NCBI GenBank assembly: GCA_024626585.2
Contig: JANKJI020000002.1
Location: 137,248,784 to 137,265,619 of the forward strand
From: Ginkgo biloba
Lineage: Eukaryota > Plantae > Ginkgophyta
Length of the DNA: 16,836 nucleotides
Direction: 5' to 3'
The number at the start of each line of letters is the position of its first letter. Position 1 is the first letter of the stretch. The position numbers and the translations under genes were made by a program. The notes under the pieces are model-generated. The model ran no database searches and was not told where the DNA came from. It worked only from the letters and a program-made list of their open reading frames with translations. Shown here piece after piece: positions 10,808 to 16,836 of the stretch.

Positions 10808-11760
10808 CGCAAAAACAATACTGTTGTGATAAAGCCAACTGAAGACGGATTCTGAAACAGCCAACAGAGAACAAAATTCCACTCAATCAAATCTGCTCTT
10901 GCCACTTGTTAGTAAACAAAATAGTTTCTCAAATTGATGCCTTGAGGGCAAGGTAGATTTAAGGGGGAGGGCATGTTGTGTACATAATTACACAACCCAA
11001 CCAANNNNNNNNNNTAAGCCTTATCAAGAGCTGGTATTCCCTAATTCCAGAAACCCTCATAGAAATGTAGCCACCAACGCCCTATTGAAGCCCAGAGCCA
11101 AGAAAACCATATTGAAACCTAAACAGCTGAAATTCAAGGGCATACTGTGGAAGATGGGCATTTTCGATCACAATTACTGAAATAAGTATAACTAATAACC
11201 AACTGTGAGAATCCTTCATTAGTAAGACAACCTGAGAGCTTAACCCATGTTAGAGGAGGTCAAAATTTGAAATAAATCCTCTGATCGACAAAAAACTATT
11301 CATTGTTCCAGGACTAAAAATATTACATCTGGACAAATTTTACACTAAACATGAAAAGAAATCATGCCCAACACTAAAAAGATGCAAATCTCTGTTGGAC
11401 TGGAAGCGTGTATCAATATTGAAGCAAACAATGGCAAATAATTCTTACTCTGTGGCTCTTGAATTTAGTTTACCAACTCGTCTAGCCCTTCGGATCGTTT
11501 AAAAAACTCCGAGGACACCACAAGCCCCCGAAATAGTTGAAAAGAGTAGTTAACCTCACGACTGTCGATAAGCACACCATGTCCTACAAGGTAAACTCAC
11601 GTTTCATTACAAAAAAAGAGGCCTAAAAAACGTCAAATGGGGGTTGGTTTCAAAAGGAGGGGAGCGAACCATCAAGCCGACAGAAGGCCTCTCATTGCAA
11701 AACCAGGTCGTCCGATTTCAGCCATCAGAAAAGCAATATTGAAAGAAGTTAATGTTGGAC
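10808..11760 (-). promoter_or_regulatory. Probable promoter / 5' UTR with a 5'-UTR intron
   Basis: CpG-retaining stretch at ~11460-11760 with TGACG (11635-11631). Candidate donor CAGA|GTAAGA at 11448. Branch-point-like TACTAAC (10914-10908). Pyrimidine-rich acceptor TCTCTGTTGGCTGTTTCAG (AG at 10853-10852), just upstream of the ATG. Exact TSS unknown. Confidence 0.5.
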
Positions 11761-12139
11761 TTTCAAAAGCAATGCGATTTCAATTTAAAATATTGAAATT
11801 TTATGTTGGATTTTCAAATTTTTTTCCCCTTTTATTTTTTATTTTTTGGGGGGTGGGGGTGGTGGTTGGAATATATTTCTACAATTTTTCTTGTGGGTGC
11901 ATTGGTAAGTTGTTGAAACACCATGAAAGAGGCCTAGGATTAACACTTTGAGGGTTGGAATTGAATACAAATATTTTTGCAATGTTGGAAAAAGAAACAT
12001 TGGAGTTTTTTTTTTGTAGAATGCTCTTATACTACCTCAAAAATCGTGCAAAGATAGTTTACATTGAAGAGCAATGGGTAAATCAACATCTAGGCTCTCC
12101 TTTGCACAACACCAACTCCTCCATGGGTGAATCATGAAT

Positions 12140-12594
12140 GAACCCTTGGAATCAAGGATTAGATTTCATAGGCAAGGTCCTCTCTTGTTATGAAGCACTA
12201 TTTGTATTATAAATTATCAAATGAAATATCTAGAAGGACTATGTTCTAGCCCTAGGTCACAATTGGGAGTTAGAAGAGCTTTAAGCCAAGATACAACTGA
12301 GTTAAGGTCATAAGAGGTCAAAATTGATTTAAAACTACATTAAAATATGGTTAGAAGGTGGGTGCCCAAATTCCTTAAGCTAAGGAGCATTTTATAAGCA
12401 AAATAACCCCTCCAACTAACATTGATGAAGATACAAGTGAGGCGCCCAAGGTTGGGCTATATAAGGACATCATTTCTTCATTCTTTATCATCAGATCATC
12501 TATAACGCTTCCTACTTTTTAATTCAAGCATTTGAAGGCATTCTAGGAAGCAAGTGCTTCCACTGAGCGTTCTCTTATGGATAATAGGTGCCCC
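12140..12594 (+). mobile_element. LTR-like segment immediately upstream of the gene's promoter
   Basis: CTATATAAGG at ~12457-12466 followed by a pyrimidine-rich initiator-like tract; repeated GG(T/C)GCCC motifs (~12361, 12441, 12587); runs into a gap next to a Gypsy relic. Confidence 0.4.
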
Positions 12595-12694
12595 NNNNNN
12601 NNNNNNNNNNNNNNNNNNNNNNNNNNNNNNNNNNNNNNNNNNNNNNNNNNNNNNNNNNNNNNNNNNNNNNNNNNNNNNNNNNNNNNNNNNNNNN

Positions 12695-13560
12695 CTATCC
12701 TTAAACAAATACTTCCCCAAACCAAATGATATAAAATCATTAGTAAGGGAAGAAAAATCTTCATCAACAGGATCCTGGGCAAGGTCAACTAAAGGAGTAG
12801 TAGTAGAGGATAATGATTGGTTAGTAGAATATTCATTTATCCTTTAAACCTTCTAGATTTTCCCTTTGTGTAAAAATTAGATTTCCCTAAATAGATTTGA
12901 CACAATGGATTCCATTTCATCTATCTAAGGTCAGTTGAATAAAATAATATAATCAAGTTCTTTAATTAGCACCACCACATTAACCAACACAATCTTTCAA
13001 GTGAAAGAAATTGTCATGCATACTTGACTAAGAGGAGTCTAACAAGTTTTGTCAAAACTCTAACACATCCAATTAGTGGGATCTAATTCCCCAATATCTA
13101 ATTATTTGTAAACCAACACAAGCATAACATTAATAGAGGATCTAAAATCCACAATAACACATTATATTTGACGTTCCCCTATGCCTACTTGAATATAGAA
13201 GGGTTTAGATAAGTTATCCCTACTCTGCTCTTTTGATGGAAAAAGAGAAAGGTCAAACACAAAGGCATTATTACTAAAAGAGAAGTTGTCTGAAAGGGAT
13301 GATAACAACATTTTTATTTGATCGGGACATGATATTAATAAATCCATCAATAGAATTTCTAAAGATATAGAAAATGGTTCATCAATGATGGAATATGATT
13401 TTCCAATCATAGCTTGAGGGAGTAGTCTATAAAATTTATCTAGTACTATCCTAGAAGGTACAACCTTCTCTATAAGAGGAAGCACTATGGATAGAGGTTG
13501 AATAGGTAATTATATATATTCTTTCCTAGCTTATTCATGTGTATTAACAAAATCAAGTAT
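12695..13560 (-). mobile_element. Ty3/Gypsy (Tat/Ogre-like) gag-pro linker and aspartic protease pseudogene
   Basis: One continuous frame reads YSIIDE...ISLEILLMDLLISCPDQIKMLL...KPFYIQVGIGERQI*CVIVDFRSSINVM...SFD...YIILFN*P*IDEMESIVSNLFREI*FLHKGKI. This matches the Tat/Ogre protease pattern VLVDxGSSINIM...YNILLGRPWI..M.AV.S......KF.H.G. The catalytic Asp codon is at 13149-13147. Confidence 0.88.
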
Positions 13561-13869
13561 CCCTTAAGCCTTTTCTTATTGTAGTTGTCCCTCACAAAGA
13601 GATCGATTTGTTATTTTTGCAAGGGTAGACTATGATATGTTTGTTGTGGCCACAAAATAACATATATTACTCTTTGACTCTCGTCAACCATTAACACGAA
13701 TTATATAGTGGGAGCATGAATTAAAGCAATCCCTAGGTTATTTGCATATGCGTAGGTTGTCAAAATTTTGCCCTTCAATTAGAAACATGTTTAAGTGGGC
13801 CTTTGACTTAGGTTTGTTGGAAATTGCATTTACCCAAAGAAAGTGCTATGATTTTGGATATTGGAGTAC

Positions 13870-14166
13870 ATGCAAGTGAATGAAAATCCAACAGAGGTAG
13901 AGCAGTAAGCGAAGTAACTAGATAATGAAGGAGACATAATAAGTCTTTGAGATATTAAAAGACAATCTTAATACAACAAGAAATAAGATGAAATAATGAG
14001 AAAATAAGGGAAGAACTGAGTCATTCAAAGTAGGCGATATGGTCATCATTTACCTCAAGCCTTATAAGAAACTATCATTAAAGAAAAAAGATAAGGATAA
14101 ACTACAATCAAAATTCTATGGATCCTACATGGGCCAAGGTGGGAGAAATAACTTATAGAGTAGATT
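13870..14166 (+). mobile_element. Ty3/Gypsy integrase C-terminal (GPY/F region) pseudogene fragment, probably chromoviral lineage
   Basis: From 13946: FEILKDNLNTTRNKMK**ENKGRTESFKVGDMVIIYLKPYKKLSLKKKDKDKLQSKFYGSY, then after a frameshift KVGEITYRVD. This matches the consensus LKDNL..AQNRMKQQAD..R....F.VGD.V.L.LQPY.Q.SL......KL.PKFYGPY.....G.VAY.L.L. Confidence 0.88.
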
Positions 14167-14678
14167 CGTTAAACTAATATGAAATAATAATTAACTTGCT
14201 TGGTTAATTATTTTTGAATCAATAAATAATATTACTCATGATTTTTGTGAGGTTTATACAACTAAGGCTATATGATGCACTTATATTGACAAAAATAATT
14301 AATTGAGTAATTATTTAGGATTAGGGTAATTAATCACCTAGTCTATTATTGTGAAGGGGATACACACTCTATACCCACCATCCATTTAGGATAATAAAAA
14401 TTAAATGNNNNNNNNNNNNNNNNNNNNNNNNNNNNNNNNNNNNNNNNNNNNNNNNNNNNNNNNNNNNNNNNNNNNNNNNNNNNNNNNNNNNNNNNNNNNN
14501 NNNNNNNGTGAGTACCTTTGTATATTATTTATCCTCCCTAGCCTACTATCTGCCTCCATTGTTTATCATCTTATTATCTATTGATCCTTCTTCCTTCATC
14601 ACCTTATCCTCCATCGATCCTTCTTTGACATCTTATCCTTTGTCATCCCTCCTTTATAACCTTAACCCCCACCAGTCC

Positions 14679-14773
14679 TCCTTATCCTTTTGTTAGTCAT
14701 CCTTATCCTTCTATCAATCCTCCTTATCCTTTCATCAATCCTCCTTATCCTTCGTTGATCATCCTTATCCTTT
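14679..14773. repeat. 21-bp minisatellite (TCCTTATCCTT core), about 5 units
   Basis: Core at 14679, 14700, 14721, 14742 and 14762 (spacings 21, 21, 21, 20); more degenerate related sequence extends back to ~14560. Confidence 0.85.
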
Positions 14774-14779
14774 GTTGGT

Positions 14780-16300
14780 GGAATCCTCAATTCCATCCTT
14801 GAATTTCTTATATTTGGTAGTCTATCAATCGTTATTTTCTTTAACAGAGTCCTTAATGCCTTCCCCAACTGCCTCACATTCAATGATCTATTGCTCCTTA
14901 TTATATTAGAAGAATTCCCAGTGCCATCCCTAACTACCTCACATTCGATAATTTATTGATCCTTCTTATCTTGGAAGAATTCTCATTACCATCCCTGACT
15001 TTCTTACATTCGACGATATGTTGGTCCTTCTTATCTTGGCAAAATTCTCAACACCATCCCCAACTGCCTCACATTCGATAATTTATCAATCCTTCTTATC
15101 TTAAAAGAATTATCAATGCCATCTTTGACTTCCTCATATTTAGTAATCTATCGTTCCTTATTTTCTTGGTAGAATTCTCGATGCCATCCCTGACGGCCTC
15201 ACATTTAGTGATATTCCAGTCCTTCTTTTCTTGGCAGAATTCTCATTACTTACCTTGATTGCCTCACATTTGATAATATATGGATCCTTCTTGTCTTGTC
15301 AAAATTCTCATTGCCATCCTTGACTGCCTCACATTGGATGATATATCAATCCTTATTATCTTTGCAAAATTCTCATTGCCATCCCCAACCGCCTCACATT
15401 TACTGATTTATTGGTCCTTCTTATCTTAGAAAAATTATCAACACTATCCCTAACTTCCTCACATTTAAAGATCTATTAATCCTTCTTATCTTGGCAGAAT
15501 TCTCATCATCTTCTTTGACTGCCTCACATTCATGGATCCATCAATCATTCTTATCTTGGTAGAATTCTCATTGCCATCCCTAACTACCTCACATTAAAAA
15601 ATCTATCAGTCCTTCTTATCTTGAAAAAATTCTCATTACCATCCCTGACTACCCCACATTCAATAATCTATCAGTCCTTCTTATCTTAACAAAATTCTCA
15701 ATGGCATCCTTGAATACCTCATATTTGACAATTTGTTGGTCCTTACTTTCTTCAAAATAATCCTCAACACTTTCCCTAACTTCCTCACATTCAATGATCT
15801 ATTGGTCCTTTCTATCCTTGATGAAATACTTAATACCTTACTCAACTAACTCACATTTAGTGGTGTGTCAATCCTTAATCTCTTTAGAAAAATCCTTAAT
15901 GCCTTCCATAATTGCCTCACATTTAGTGATATATCAATCCTTACTCTCTTCAAAATAATCCTTAATACCTTACCCAACTACCTCATAATCCATGATCTAT
16001 CATTCATTAATTTCTTTGATGGAATCCTTAATGCCTTCCCAGACTATCTCATATTTGATGATCTGTCAGTCCTTACATTCTTTGGTAGAATCCTTAATTC
16101 CTTTCTTGACTTCCTCATATTCAATAATATACTAGTCCTTATTTTCTTTAGTGAAATCCTCAATGCCTTCCTTAACTACCTCACATTTAATGATCTGTCG
16201 GTCCCTACTTTCTTCAATAGAATCCTCAACACCTTCCTCAACTTCCTCATATTCGATGATTTATGGGTCCTTACTTTCTTTAGTAAAATCCTTAATGTTT
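14780..16300. repeat. Tandem array of about 23 diverged 65/66-bp units
   Basis: The anchor (C/T)CTCA(C/T)ATT (variants allowed) occurs at 14806, 14872, 14937, 15002, 15067, 15132, 15197, 15262, 15327, 15392, 15457, 15522, 15587, 15652, 15717, 15783, 15849, 15915, 15981, 16047, 16113, 16179 and 16245. Spacings are 66, then 13 x 65, then 8 x 66. Confidence 0.95.
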
Positions 16301-16836
16301 TTTCTTTCATTGGATGAAATTATCTCTAAAAAATCCCTTGACATGCCCTCATATCAGGTACTTCCTTTTATTTCCTCATTGACACCATTCTTCTAGCTTT
16401 GTTAATGGTCATTCCTTCATCACCATTCCTTGTCTTGTTCCTTCAAAATGACTTATTAGTCATTGACATACAATTTTTGCATCCCTCATCAACCATCTCT
16501 ATCATTGTCAAACTTGCTTTATCTTTGTCTTCTATTCACTTCTTATTTGTCAATGTCGGCTATTGATGTTGTCAATATTATTTGACAGTGTTGATCTTCC
16601 ACTTCCTTGTTGGGTCATTAGACATAAAATTTCTTGGTATCATCAGACTTTTCCTTCAAAAAACCTTATCAGTCATGAGTGATCTTATCTCTCCATTATA
16701 ACCTAGTTATCGACTCTACCAAAAAAATATATTTTGATGAGCGCTATTGGGATGCTCCTATATCATATACTCTTCATTAAAAGGTATGGGAATGGAGTAA
16801 AATATATACCATGCATGTCCTAATGATTGTGTTATT

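Larger units (their letters stand above)
14508..16836 (-). pseudogene. Decayed low-complexity acidic ORF, probably a retrotransposon accessory ORF, containing the 66-bp and 21-bp repeats
   Basis: The minus strand is purine-rich and translates as IIEYEEVEEGVEDSIEESRDRQIIKCEVVKEGIEDFTKENKD*YIIEYEEVKKGIKDSTKECKD*QIIKYE. Stops fall mostly at the CGA-CAG (RQ) position. Confidence 0.5.

Noticed and set aside
11637-11951. 104-aa + strand ORF as a divergent gene
   Set aside because: It runs through poly-T and poly-G low-complexity tracts in the promoter region, with no motif or splice support.
14780-16300. CRISPR-like array (regular ~65-bp period)
   Set aside because: Whole units are homologous along their full length, with no invariant repeat plus unique spacer structure. 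There are no cas genes and the context is eukaryotic.
15865-16317. 150-aa hydrophobic or LRR-like ORF on the + strand
   Set aside because: It is the antisense shadow of the 66-bp repeat. A pyrimidine-rich strand gives L/F/I-rich, stop-poor translations, and it has no ATG start.

Overview
This is AT-rich eukaryotic DNA, most likely from a large-genome seed plant such as a gymnosperm (inferred from the long transposon-filled intron and heavy C>T/G>A decay of repeats). It comes from a gapped draft assembly with 7 N-runs. The core is one spliced minus-strand gene with three coding exons (10807-10639, 10049-9811, 4030-3840). It encodes a conserved ~200-aa charged plant protein of unknown function: MKGPRPW..., DYEALSRHGYYGG..., QDWSWS..., FSQKEKRKRDLGQASRGKNYVEEEKRLLR...SGFDA*. 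As assembled, exon 3 has a frameshift in a (CT)4 run, next to an in-frame cryptic acceptor that could bypass it. The 5.8-kb second intron holds a decayed hAT transposase (BED finger) and LTR-like pieces. Upstream of the gene are an LTR-like segment, a Tat/Ogre-type Ty3/Gypsy protease relic (-), a Ty3/Gypsy integrase C-terminal relic (+), a 21-bp minisatellite and a ~1.5-kb tandem array of about 23 units. The array switches cleanly between 66-bp units (decayed 22-codon acidic repeats) and 65-bp frame-breaking units. I found no prokaryotic features, CRISPR arrays or RNA genes, and no clearly new biological system. The best leads are the exon-3 frameshift with its possible rescue and the array's apparent transition from coding repeat to satellite.
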